Assembly (NCBI GenBank): GCA_002393575.1 | Contig: DGSN01000032.1 | Span: 44,783-108,782, forward strand | Source of the DNA: Prevotellaceae bacterium UBA4361 | GTDB lineage: Bacteria > Bacteroidota > Bacteroidia > Bacteroidales > Bacteroidaceae | DNA length: 64,000 nt | Direction of reading: 5' to 3' | Part shown: piece after piece, positions 27,782 through 36,638 of the stretch | How positions within the stretch are numbered: position 1 is the stretch's first letter | Layout of the letters: every line of letters begins with the position of its first letter | Made by a program: the position numbers and the translations under genes | Notes under the pieces: model-generated | What the model was told of the DNA's origin: nothing | The model's database searches: none | The model's input: only the letters and a program-made list of their open reading frames with translations

Positions 27782-30700
27782 TCAGCTCTTGTACTCCTGC
27801 CAAGACTTAGCCTTGATGTCCTCCAGCTTCATAGCAGTGAAAGCCTCGATAAACACCTTTGCCAAGCGTACATTCGTCATAAGCGGAATGTTGTGGTCAA
27901 TGGCACTACGACGAATGCGGTAGCCGTTGGTCAACTCGCGCTTCGTGTTGTTCTTTGGCACATTGATGATGAGGTCGAAAGCATGGTCGTGAATCATGTC
28001 GAGCACATTGTTCTGTGCATTTTCTTCATCTGGCCAAGCCACTTCTGTAGCAGGAATGTTATTGTCCTGGAAGAACTTAGCTGTACCTGCCGTAGCGAAG
28101 ATATTGTAGCCATTTTTCACCAATTGCTGTGCAGGCTCAAGCAATGCCACCTTACCTTTTGCTCCACCCGAAGAAATCAGAATGTTCTTCTTTGGAATGG
28201 AGTAACCCGTGGCAATCAAAGCATTGATGAGAGCTTCGTTGAGGTCATCGCCCAAACAACCAACCTCACCCGTCGAACTCATATCCACACCGAGCACAGG
28301 GTCTGCATTCTGCAAGCGGGCAAAAGAGAACTGCGATGCCTTCACGCCGATGCGGTCGATGTCGAATTCCGAACCGTCTGGACGAGTGTAAGGCACATCG
28401 AGCATAATCTTTGTGGCAGTTTCAATGAAGTTGCGCTTCAGAATCTTGCTCACAAATGGGAACGAACGTGATGCACGCAAGTTACACTCAATCACCTTCA
28501 CCTCGCGGTTCTTAGCCAAGAACTGAATATTGAATGGTCCAGAGATGTTAAGCTCCTTGGCAATCTTTCGGGAAATCTTCTTAATCTGACGAACTGTAGA
28601 GAAATAGATGTTCTGAGCAGGGAAAATCATTGTGGCATCGCCCGAGTGAACACCAGCATACTCAATATGCTCCGAAATAGCATACTCTACGATTTTACCC
28701 TTGTCGGCAACAGCATCGAATTCTATTTCCTTCGTGTCCTGCATGAACTGCGAAACAACCACAGGGTAGTCTTTGCTTACCTCCGTTGCCATCTGCAAGA
28801 AGCGTTCCAACTCCTCAAAGCTGTAGCACACGTTCATGGCAGCACCAGAGAGTACATACGAAGGACGGACAAGCACAGGGAATCCCACTTCGCCCACAAA
28901 CTCCTTGATGTCTTCGAACGAAGTCAACGCACGCCATGCAGGTTGGTCAACGCCCAACTTGTCAAGCATAGCAGAGAACTTGTCGCGGTTCTCGGCGCGG
29001 TCAATATCCACAGGCGATGTACCCAGCACAGGAATGCCCTGGCGGTAAAGTTTCATGGCGAGGTTGTTAGGAATCTGTCCACCCACGCTCACAATCACGC
29101 CGCGAGGCATCTCCAAGTCAATCACGTCGAGCACACGCTCCAGCGAAAGCTCATCGAAGTAGAGGCGGTCGCACACGTCGTAGTCCGTACTAACCGTTTC
29201 AGGGTTATAGTTAATCATGATGGACTTATAGCCCAACTTGCGAGCCGTGTTGATGGCATTCACCGAACACCAGTCGAATTCCACTGAAGAACCGATGCGG
29301 TAAGCACCTGAACCCAATACAACGACCGACTTGTCATTCTTATAATATTCTATGTCGTGTGACGCATTCTTCGAAGCGTTCTTCACACATTCTTTCCATT
29401 CCTCCGTGGTCATCTTGTCTGCACGAGTAGGCTCCACCTGTGGCAGATACGTGAAGTAGAGGTAGTTGGTCAGTTCAGGATGCTCGCTGGCAACGGTGTC
29501 GATGCGCTTCACCGATGGCAGGATGCCATGTTCCTTGCGGTAGCGACGCACAGCCAGATTTTCCTTCTCCATGTTGGCATGTCCTGGCTTCAGTACAAAG
29601 CGAGCTATCTGGAAATCGGAGAATCCAGCTGCCTTCACCTCGCGGAGGAACTCGTCGGACAGTTCTTCCAAACTGTTGTACGACTGCAGCTGATGCTTCA
29701 AGTCAACAATGTGCTTCAAGCGGTGGATGAACCAAACGTCAATCTTCGTCAGTTCCTCAATGCGTTCGCACGTATATCCTTCCTCCAAAGCCTGTGCGAT
29801 GGCGAAGATGCGCAAGTCGGTAGGGTTGGAAAGTTCCTCATCGAGGTTCTCAAACTTCACATGGTCGTTACCCACGAATCCATGCATACCCTGTCCAATC
29901 ATACGCAAGCCCTTCTGAATCATCTCCTCGAACGAACGGCCAATCGACATGATTTCGCCCACCGACTTCATGGACGAACCGATGAGTCGGCTTACACCCG
30001 AGAACTTCGTCAAGTCCCAACGAGGAATCTTACAAATCATATAATCAAGCGAAGGAGCGACGTAAGCAGAATTTGTCGTGCCCATCTCGCCAATCTGGTC
30101 GAGCGTGTAACCGAGTGCAATCTTTGCAGCTACGAATGCCAGTGGATAACCCGTTGCCTTCGAAGCCAAAGCAGAAGAACGCGACAGACGTGCATTGATT
30201 TCAATGATGCGGTAGTCATTCGTCTGGGCATTGAAAGCAAACTGGATGTTACACTCACCCACAATACCGAGGTGTTTCACGCACTTAATGGAAATATCCT
30301 GCAACTGCTTCACCTGTTCAGCTGTCAACGAACAAGTTGGAGCCACCACAATCGATTCACCCGTGTGGATGCCCAGTGGGTCGAAGTTCTCCATCGAAGC
30401 CACCGTGAAGCAACGGTCGTTGGCATCACGAATCACCTCAAACTCTATTTCCTTCCAGCCTTTCAGCGACTCCTCCACCAGAATCTGAGGAGCGAAGGTG
30501 AAAGCACTTTCTGCGATTTCCGTGAAAGTCTTCTCATCTGGGCATATACCCGAACCGAGTCCACCCAGAGCGTAGGCGGAACGAATCATGACAGGGAAGC
30601 CGATGCGTCGTGCAGCAGCAAGAGCGTCTTCCATCGACTCCACCGCCTGCGACACAGGCGTTTTCAGTTCAGCCTCATCCAATCGCTTCACGAAGCGGTC

Positions 30701-31081
30701 GCGGTCTTCCGTGTCCATGATAGCTTCCACCGAAGTGCCGAGCACTTCCACGCCATATTCAGCAAGTGTACCGTTCTGATAAAGTTCCGTACCGCAATTC
30801 AACGCCGTCTGACCACCGAATGCCAAGAGGATGCCGTCAGGTCGTTCCTTCTTGATGATTTCTGTCACGAAATAAGTGGTGACAGGCTGAAAATACACCT
30901 TGTCGGCAATGCCTTCCGAAGTTTGAATTGTGGCAATGTTAGGATTCACAAGCACAGAACTGACACCTTCCTCTCGCAAAGCCTTCAATGCCTGCGAGCC
31001 AGAATAGTCGAATTCACCAGCTTGTCCGATTTTCAATGCGCCCGAACCCAAAACGAGCACCTTACTGAGTTTCTTTTTCAT
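27782..31081 (-). CDS. carB: Carbamoyl-phosphate synthase large subunit
   Basis: 1099 aa. N-terminus KVLVLGSGALKIGQAGEFDYSGSQALKALREEG. Duplicated ATP-grasp halves. C-terminal MGS-like domain. Confidence 0.97.
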   Translation of the reverse strand: MKKKLSKVLVLGSGALKIGQAGEFDYSGSQALKALREEGVSSVLVNPNIATIQTSEGIADKVYFQPVTTYFVTEIIKKERPDGILLAFGGQTALNCGTELYQNGTLAEYGVEVLGTSVEAIMDTEDRDRFVKRLDEAELKTPVSQAVESMEDALAAARRIGFPVMIRSAYALGGLGSGICPDEKTFTEIAESAFTFAPQILVEESLKGWKEIEFEVIRDANDRCFTVASMENFDPLGIHTGESIVVAPTCSLTAEQVKQLQDISIKCVKHLGIVGECNIQFAFNAQTNDYRIIEINARLSRSSALASKATGYPLAFVAAKIALGYTLDQIGEMGTTNSAYVAPSLDYMICKIPRWDLTKFSGVSRLIGSSMKSVGEIMSIGRSFEEMIQKGLRMIGQGMHGFVGNDHVKFENLDEELSNPTDLRIFAIAQALEEGYTCERIEELTKIDVWFIHRLKHIVDLKHQLQSYNSLEELSDEFLREVKAAGFSDFQIARFVLKPGHANMEKENLAVRRYRKEHGILPSVKRIDTVASEHPELTNYLYFTYLPQVEPTRADKMTTEEWKECVKNASKNASHDIEYYKNDKSVVVLGSGAYRIGSSVEFDWCSVNAINTARKLGYKSIMINYNPETVSTDYDVCDRLYFDELSLERVLDVIDLEMPRGVIVSVGGQIPNNLAMKLYRQGIPVLGTSPVDIDRAENRDKFSAMLDKLGVDQPAWRALTSFEDIKEFVGEVGFPVLVRPSYVLSGAAMNVCYSFEELERFLQMATEVSKDYPVVVSQFMQDTKEIEFDAVADKGKIVEYAISEHIEYAGVHSGDATMIFPAQNIYFSTVRQIKKISRKIAKELNISGPFNIQFLAKNREVKVIECNLRASRSFPFVSKILKRNFIETATKIMLDVPYTRPDGSEFDIDRIGVKASQFSFARLQNADPVLGVDMSSTGEVGCLGDDLNEALINALIATGYSIPKKNILISSGGAKGKVALLEPAQQLVKNGYNIFATAGTAKFFQDNNIPATEVAWPDEENAQNNVLDMIHDHAFDLIINVPKNNTKRELTNGYRIRRSAIDHNIPLMTNVRLAKVFIEAFTAMKLEDIKAKSWQEYKS

Positions 31082-31169
31082 AACAATTATAAAAGTATTG
31101 TGTTTGAGATGTACTTTCTACGATGAAATAATCTTTTTACCTAAAGACTACATTTTCTTTTCCAATTTG

Positions 31170-31177
31170 CAAAGATA
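31170..31177 (-). promoter_or_regulatory. Bacteroidota -7 promoter box TATCTTTG upstream of carB
   Basis: Minus-strand TATCTTTG about 90 nt upstream of the carB ATG. Confidence 0.45.
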
Positions 31178-31473
31178 GGTCAAAATCCCGAATTATGCAA
31201 AAGCATCGCCGTTTTTTGAGTGTTTTTTCTAATATATTGAATATCGTTTGAATTTTTATGCAAAAATCGCATCTTCTATGCATAAATTGTAAACAAAAGA
31301 AATGGAAAACCATTCATAACTCAAAGCCCTTGTTTATTCTAAGGAGTAAAGGAGATTTGGAGTTTACATATAGATGCTGGGAAATCCTTTATTAAGAACT
31401 AATCAGGAAGCCCTAAAAAGACTATTACAGACGATTACGGGATTTACAAGAGAAGCGAACTATCAACACGAAA

Positions 31474-31583
31474 AAAACGAGCGCTCGTTTTCAATTAAAC
31501 GAAGGCTCGTTTTAAACAAAACGGGCGCTCGTTTTGTCAGTTAATCCCCAATCGAGAAATCGAAAATCCCCAATCGGGGATTT
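31474..31583. repeat. Cluster of short palindromes (AAAACGAGCGCTCGTTTT x3 variants; AAATCCCCAATCGGGGATTT)
   Basis: Perfect 18-nt palindrome at 31474-31491, with variants at 31497-31513 and 31518-31535. 8-bp-stem hairpin at 31564-31583. GGGATTT/AATCCC words continue to 31620. Confidence 0.85.
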
Positions 31584-31639
31584 GTGATTCCCAAATTGAG
31601 GATTTAAGGATCCCAAATGGTGAAATAACTAAATCTAAA

Positions 31640-32221
31640 TCAAGGGATAAGGATGACGGTGAGGGTACGTGCAGCTTGCGCACCCATGACGAGCACTTGG
31701 GCTATGTCGGCAGTCTTGCTGGGACCGCTAATGAAGGTGCCATAGCCAAGGTCGTTGAAGGAAATGCGTCGGTAGGCTTCGTGCATATTGTTGACGATAG
31801 CTGCCTTCGGAAGGAGAATGACAAGGTTTTCGGAGATGAAGCAGACGGCACGTTCCTTCATGGTCTGTGGAATCCAGACACAGGCATTTTCGGCTACGCC
31901 AAATTCGCCTCGTACTATGCCCACATCTGTGCCGTTGAGTGACTGGGCTGTGGGTGTGGTGTCGGGGTTGCGCGTGGCAATGGTGATTTCAGGAAGACTG
32001 GAAGCAATCTCCTTGGCATCGGGATAAAGACTGCGGATGAGTTGGTTGATGTCGTCACCGGCTTGCAGTTCTACTACTTTTCCTCCGACGCTTTTCGTCA
32101 TGGAAATGAACTGGGCAAGAGGGTCGGCGTATGTGGTGGCATCGATTTGAATGTCGGGCATCGGGAAACGCTCCTTGATGCTATTCTTGAGGGATGATAG
32201 GATTTGGGATTTGGTGGACAT
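31640..32221 (-). CDS. lutC: Lactate utilization protein C (LUD domain, YkgG-like)
   Basis: 193 aa. Third gene after the lutA- and lutB-like genes. LUD-type sequence. Confidence 0.75.
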   Translation of the reverse strand: MSTKSQILSSLKNSIKERFPMPDIQIDATTYADPLAQFISMTKSVGGKVVELQAGDDINQLIRSLYPDAKEIASSLPEITIATRNPDTTPTAQSLNGTDVGIVRGEFGVAENACVWIPQTMKERAVCFISENLVILLPKAAIVNNMHEAYRRISFNDLGYGTFISGPSKTADIAQVLVMGAQAARTLTVILIP

Positions 32222-32290
32222 GGGGATGGGAAGGATGGGGTTAATGGGGAGGATGGGGTTAATGGGATTAATGGGGAGGATGGGGACTAT
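32222..32290. repeat. Tandem direct repeat (about 18-bp unit GGAGGATGGGGTTAATGG) in the lutB-lutC intercistronic gap
   Basis: gggaaggatggggttaatgg / ggaggatggggttaatgg / gattaatgg / ggaggatgggg. On the sense (minus) strand this is a C/T-rich tract ending at the lutC ATG. Confidence 0.85.
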
Positions 32291-32296
32291 CTAAAA

Positions 32297-33670
32297 TCAA
32301 TGGGATAAGCCTTTCTTCCAGAGGGAGTGGAAGGATTGCTTTGGGAACTGCATCATTTCGTGTCCTTCGCCCCAAGGGTTGAGAGGCAAGTAGATGATGG
32401 AGCGCGGAATGCGGTTGGCAAGCGGAGAAACCCAAAGGGCTGAGTTGTAGATGCCCCAGTGGTTGAAGACGAAAGACATGGCTGAGGACATGAGCTTTTT
32501 CTCTGGATTGGCTGTACCGAAGGAAGGGAGCTGTTGCCTCCATTTGTAGATTTGGTCGCCCAAATCAATCTTCACGGGACAGACTGTCTGACAAGAAAGG
32601 CAGAGGGTGCAGGCAGAGACATTGCCACTATGCTCTTTCGGATTACGCAACATGCCGAGGTTGATGCCGATAGGTCCTGGGATGAAATAGCTGTAGGAAT
32701 AGCCACCACTGCGTCGATAGACAGGACAGGTGTTCATGCAACTGCCACAGCGGATGCACTTGAGCGATTCCCAATGCTCAGGATTACTCAGCCATTGACT
32801 GCGTCCGTTATCCACAAGGATGATGTGCATAGGTGCTGCCGTTGGTCGTGCCTTTCGGAAATGGCTGGTGTAGGTGGTAGTTGGCTGTCCTGTACCTGCA
32901 CGGCAGAGCATTCGTTGGAAAACTGCAAGGCAATCGTAGTTAGGGATTACCTTTTCGAGTCCGATGGCTGCGATGTGTAGCTTTGGGCAGGAAGTGCTCA
33001 TGTCGGCATTTCCTTCGTTGGTGCATACCACGATGTCGCCCGTTTCAGCAATACCGAAATTACCTCCCGTCATACCAGCGTCGGCTGTGAGAAATTCGTT
33101 GCGGAGAGAGAGACGAGCCATGTAAGTAAGGTACGTTGGGTCATGATTACCTTTCTCCGTACCCAATTTTTCTTCAAAAAGTTCACCCACATCGTCGTGA
33201 TTGAGGTGGATGGCAGGCATGACGATGTGGCTTGGCTTTTGTCCTTTGAGTTGGATGATGCGCTCGCCCAGGTCGGTTTCCACCACTTCAATGCCATGTG
33301 CTTCCAAATAAGGATTCATCTCGCACTCTTCGGTCAGCATCGACTTGCTCTTCACCATCTTCTTCACGTTGTGCTCACGAAGGATGGACAGGACTATCTC
33401 GTTGAATTCTGCAGCATCCTTTGCCCAATGGACAATGCAGCCGTTCTTCTCTGCATTGGTGGAGAACTGGTCGAGGTATTGGTCGAGGTGCGTCAAGGTG
33501 TGTCGCTTGATGGCAGAAGCCGTTTCACGCAACTGTTCCCATTCTTTCAGACCGTATGCCATATTGTCGCGCTTGGTGCGAACGGACCAGAATGTTTGGT
33601 CGTGCCACTTTGCATACTTTTGGTTCTTGAGAAATTCTTTTGCCGCTTTGCTGTGTGCTGTATTACTCAT
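32297..33670 (-). CDS. lutB: Lactate utilization iron-sulfur protein B (YkgF-like)
   Basis: Two 4Fe-4S ferredoxin motifs (CIRCGSCMNTCPVY, CTLCLSCQTVCPV). Start set at ATG 33670, giving an ATGA overlap with the lutA stop. Confidence 0.85.
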   Translation of the reverse strand: MSNTAHSKAAKEFLKNQKYAKWHDQTFWSVRTKRDNMAYGLKEWEQLRETASAIKRHTLTHLDQYLDQFSTNAEKNGCIVHWAKDAAEFNEIVLSILREHNVKKMVKSKSMLTEECEMNPYLEAHGIEVVETDLGERIIQLKGQKPSHIVMPAIHLNHDDVGELFEEKLGTEKGNHDPTYLTYMARLSLRNEFLTADAGMTGGNFGIAETGDIVVCTNEGNADMSTSCPKLHIAAIGLEKVIPNYDCLAVFQRMLCRAGTGQPTTTYTSHFRKARPTAAPMHIILVDNGRSQWLSNPEHWESLKCIRCGSCMNTCPVYRRSGGYSYSYFIPGPIGINLGMLRNPKEHSGNVSACTLCLSCQTVCPVKIDLGDQIYKWRQQLPSFGTANPEKKLMSSAMSFVFNHWGIYNSALWVSPLANRIPRSIIYLPLNPWGEGHEMMQFPKQSFHSLWKKGLSH

Positions 33671-34404
33671 AGTCCTGCTGATAAAATTTGAACAACATGG
33701 ATGAACTTGATAGGCAGATTCTGTCGCTTTGCCACTCCTGCCATGTGCATCAGGCAAGAAGAATCGGGACCTGTGACGTATTCAGCTCCTGTGGCAATGT
33801 GACGCTCCACCTTGTCTTTTCCCATTTGGGCACTGACGGCGGTCTCTTCTATGGAGAACATGCCACCAAAACCGCAGCACTCGTCCTTGCGTTCAGGTTC
33901 AATGACTTCCACCCCTTCAACAAGCTGGAGGAGGTCCTTTATTTTATTAAAAGGAGGAATGTTCTGCTCGCTCGGCGAGGACAGTCCTAATTCGCGCACT
34001 CCATGACAAGAATTGTGGAGACTCACCTTGTGAGGGAATTTTCCTGGTAGGCTCGTTGGTTTCACAACATCGTGCAAGAATTCGACAACGTCGATGACCT
34101 TCTGAGGAGTGACACAATGGTGCTTGTCTTCGAACAAACGAGGGTAATTGAAACGGACAAAAGCTGTGCATGACACGGATGGGGCAACTACATAGTCGAA
34201 CGACTTGAAAAGCTCTTCGAATTTTTCTGCAAGCGGAATAGCCTTGTCTTCGAATCCAGCATTTGCCATAGGTTGTCCGCAACAGGTTTGGCGTTCGGGA
34301 TAGGTGACATCAAGTCCCAAGTGTGTGAGCAACTTATAGGTGGCAACGCCCACTTCGGGAAAGACGGCATCTACATAGCAAGGAATGAAAAGTCCTATTT
34401 TCAT
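33667..34404 (-). CDS. lutA: Lactate utilization protein A ((Fe-S)-binding CCG-domain oxidoreductase, YkgE-like)
   Basis: 245 aa. Duplicated Cys-rich CCG motifs (CCGQP..., CCGFGG). Confidence 0.85.
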   Translation of the reverse strand: MKIGLFIPCYVDAVFPEVGVATYKLLTHLGLDVTYPERQTCCGQPMANAGFEDKAIPLAEKFEELFKSFDYVVAPSVSCTAFVRFNYPRLFEDKHHCVTPQKVIDVVEFLHDVVKPTSLPGKFPHKVSLHNSCHGVRELGLSSPSEQNIPPFNKIKDLLQLVEGVEVIEPERKDECCGFGGMFSIEETAVSAQMGKDKVERHIATGAEYVTGPDSSCLMHMAGVAKRQNLPIKFIHVVQILSAGL

Positions 34405-34420
34405 GGATGGTTGGAATTAG

Positions 34421-34495
34421 TCTTAACCTTAACGCTAACCTTCACTTTTCCTTTCGGATGGTTGTTGTGGTTATGGTTACGTTATGGTTGAATGA
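34421..34495. repeat. Family C hairpin (CTTAACCTTAAC ... CGGATGG ... GGTTATGGTTACGTTATGGTT), copy 1
   Basis: Arms cttaaccttaacgctaacc and ggttacgttatggttg, imperfectly paired. An inverted homologue is at 49585-49653. Lies between the putative lutA promoter and the lutA ATG. Confidence 0.7.
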
Positions 34496-34505
34496 AGAAA
34501 TGCTG

Positions 34506-34513
34506 CAAATTTA
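34506..34513 (-). promoter_or_regulatory. Bacteroidota -7 promoter box TAAATTTG upstream of lutA
   Basis: Minus-strand TAAATTTG about 100 nt upstream of the lutA ATG. Confidence 0.45.
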
Positions 34514-34589
34514 GAGAAAATTATGTTGTTTTTCAAAGAATTAGGAGATTTTTTTGTATAAAAATTGAATAGGAACCAGTAATTTTTCG

Positions 34590-34597
34590 TAACTTTG
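34590..34597 (+). promoter_or_regulatory. Bacteroidota -7 promoter box TAACTTTG upstream of rpsA
   Basis: Plus-strand TAACTTTG about 100 nt upstream of the rpsA ATG. Confidence 0.5.
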
Positions 34598-34695
34598 CAT
34601 CCGCTTTGCGCAAGAACGAGTGTGCGCATCGCACTTTTTATCAACATAATGTCTAACATTATTAATTCAAATCATTTCTTTTTTTAAAACTTTTT

Positions 34696-36486
34696 ATGGA
34701 CACTAAAAACATTCAACCGCTGGAAAATTTCGATTGGGATTTATTCGAAAATGGTGGTACAACTGCTGACAAGGCAGAGGCTGCAAAAGCCTACGAAGCA
34801 ACCCTCAACAAGCTCGGTGACAACGACGTTGTTGAAGGTACTGTTTCAGCTATCAACGACCGCGAGGTTGTAGTCAACATCGGCTACAAGAGCGAGGGCG
34901 TTATCAACTCTAACGAGTTCCGTTACAATCCAGAACTCGCAATTGGCGACACTGTTGAGGTTTACGTAGAAAACCTTGAGGACAAGAAGGGCCGTCTTGT
35001 ACTCTCTCACACAAAGGCTCGCGCTGCACGCTCATGGGAGCGCGTAAATGCTGCGCTTGAGAAAGACGAAATCGTGAAGGGCTTCGTGAAATGCCGCACT
35101 AAGGGTGGTATGATTGTTGACGTGCTTGGCACAGAAGCATTCCTCCCAGGCAGCCAGATTGACGTGAAGCCAATCCGCGACTACGATACATTCGTTGGCA
35201 AGACAATGGAATTCAAGATTGTGAAAATCAACCAGGAGTTCCGCAATGTTGTTGTTAGCCACAAGGCCCTCATCGAGGCTGAACTTGAGGCTCAGAAGAA
35301 GGAAATCATCGGCAAGCTCGAAAAGGGTCAGATTCTTGAAGGTACTGTTAAGAACATCACTTCTTACGGTGTATTCATCGACCTCGGTGGTGTTGACGGT
35401 CTCATCCACATCACAGACCTCTCTTGGGGCCGCGTGAGCGATCCACACGAAGTGGTTGAACTCGACCAGAAGCTCAATGTTGTTATCATCGACTTCGACG
35501 ACGAGAAGAAGCGCATTGCTCTCGGCTTGAAGCAGCTCACTCCACATCCATGGGATGCTCTTGACCCTAACCTCAAGGTTGGTGACAAGGTTCATGGTAA
35601 GGTTGTTGTTATGGCTGACTACGGCGCATTCATTGAGATTGCTCCAGGCGTAGAAGGTCTCATCCACGTTTCAGAAATGAGCTGGAGCGCACACCTCCAC
35701 AGCGCACAGGACTTCATGAAGGTTGGCGACGAAGTAGATGCAGTGATTTTGACTCTCGACCGCGACGAGCGTAAGATGAGCCTCGGCATCAAGCAGCTGA
35801 AGGAAGACCCATGGGAGAAGATTGAAGAGAAGTATCCTGTTGGCAGCCAGCACACAGCAAAGGTTCGCAACTTCACTAACTTCGGTGTATTCGTAGAAAT
35901 CGAAGAAGGCGTTGACGGTTTGATTCACATCAGCGACCTCTCTTGGACGAAGAAAATCAAGCACCCATCTGAATTCACAAAGATTGGCGAGCCTATCGAA
36001 GTGCAGGTTCTCGACATCGACAAGGAAAACCGTCGTCTCTCTCTCGGCCACAAGCAGCTTGAGGACAACCCTTGGAACAACTTCGAAACTATCTTCACTC
36101 AGGACAGCGTTCACAAAGGCAAGATTATCGAAGTGCTCGACAAGGGTGCAGTTATCCAGCTTGAAGGCGGTGTAGAAGGCTTTGCAACTCCAAAGCACCT
36201 CGTGAAGGAAGATGGTAGCCAGGCACAGCTTGGTGAAGAGCTTGACTTCAAGGTAATCGAATTCAACAAGGATGCTAAGCGCATCATCCTCTCTCACAGC
36301 CGTATCTTCGAAGATGCTGCACGTGCAGAGGCTCGCGAACAGCGCAAGGCTGCCGCTGCTGCTAAGAAGGCTACTCGCCCTCAGAAGGAGCAGGGTCCAT
36401 CAATCCAGAACAAGGCTGCAAGCCAGAGCCTCGGCGACATCGACGCTCTCGCAGCTCTGAAGGCTGAGATGGAAGGCAAGAAGTAA
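34696..36486 (+). CDS. rpsA: 30S ribosomal protein S1
   Basis: 596 aa with six S1 repeats (recurrent G.V..I..YGAFIDLGG.DGL.H.S motif). Confidence 0.97.
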   Translation: MDTKNIQPLENFDWDLFENGGTTADKAEAAKAYEATLNKLGDNDVVEGTVSAINDREVVVNIGYKSEGVINSNEFRYNPELAIGDTVEVYVENLEDKKGRLVLSHTKARAARSWERVNAALEKDEIVKGFVKCRTKGGMIVDVLGTEAFLPGSQIDVKPIRDYDTFVGKTMEFKIVKINQEFRNVVVSHKALIEAELEAQKKEIIGKLEKGQILEGTVKNITSYGVFIDLGGVDGLIHITDLSWGRVSDPHEVVELDQKLNVVIIDFDDEKKRIALGLKQLTPHPWDALDPNLKVGDKVHGKVVVMADYGAFIEIAPGVEGLIHVSEMSWSAHLHSAQDFMKVGDEVDAVILTLDRDERKMSLGIKQLKEDPWEKIEEKYPVGSQHTAKVRNFTNFGVFVEIEEGVDGLIHISDLSWTKKIKHPSEFTKIGEPIEVQVLDIDKENRRLSLGHKQLEDNPWNNFETIFTQDSVHKGKIIEVLDKGAVIQLEGGVEGFATPKHLVKEDGSQAQLGEELDFKVIEFNKDAKRIILSHSRIFEDAARAEAREQRKAAAAAKKATRPQKEQGPSIQNKAASQSLGDIDALAALKAEMEGKK

Positions 36487-36515
36487 CGAATCGAATCCTT
36501 TTCTATAAACGATAG

Positions 36516-36566
36516 CGAAAACGAAGGCTTTGCCATCTGGATGGCAAGTTTTCGTTTTCGTTTTTT
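36516..36566 (+). terminator. Intrinsic terminator of rpsA
   Basis: Perfect 10-bp outer stem cgaaaacgaa/ttcgttttcg plus inner stem ttgccatc/gatggcaa, followed by TTTTTT. Confidence 0.8.
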
Positions 36567-36638
36567 CGTTAATATGGGATAAAGACCTACGGTTTTACAT
36601 TCAGAAATACACCTTATATATAATATACGCGCGTAAAG

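Noticed and set aside
29480-31126. 548-aa plus-strand ORF antisense to carB.
   Set aside because: It lies fully within the highly conserved carB frame. The sequence is R/H/L/S-rich with no recognisable domain, so it is a shadow ORF. The same reasoning applies to 27893..28471 and 28646..29287.
32268-32543. 91-aa minus-strand ORF overlapping the lutB 3' end in another frame and extending into the lutB-lutC repeat.
   Set aside because: It is out of frame with the clearly conserved LutB C-terminus, and its tail is a translated tandem repeat. Not credible as a gene.
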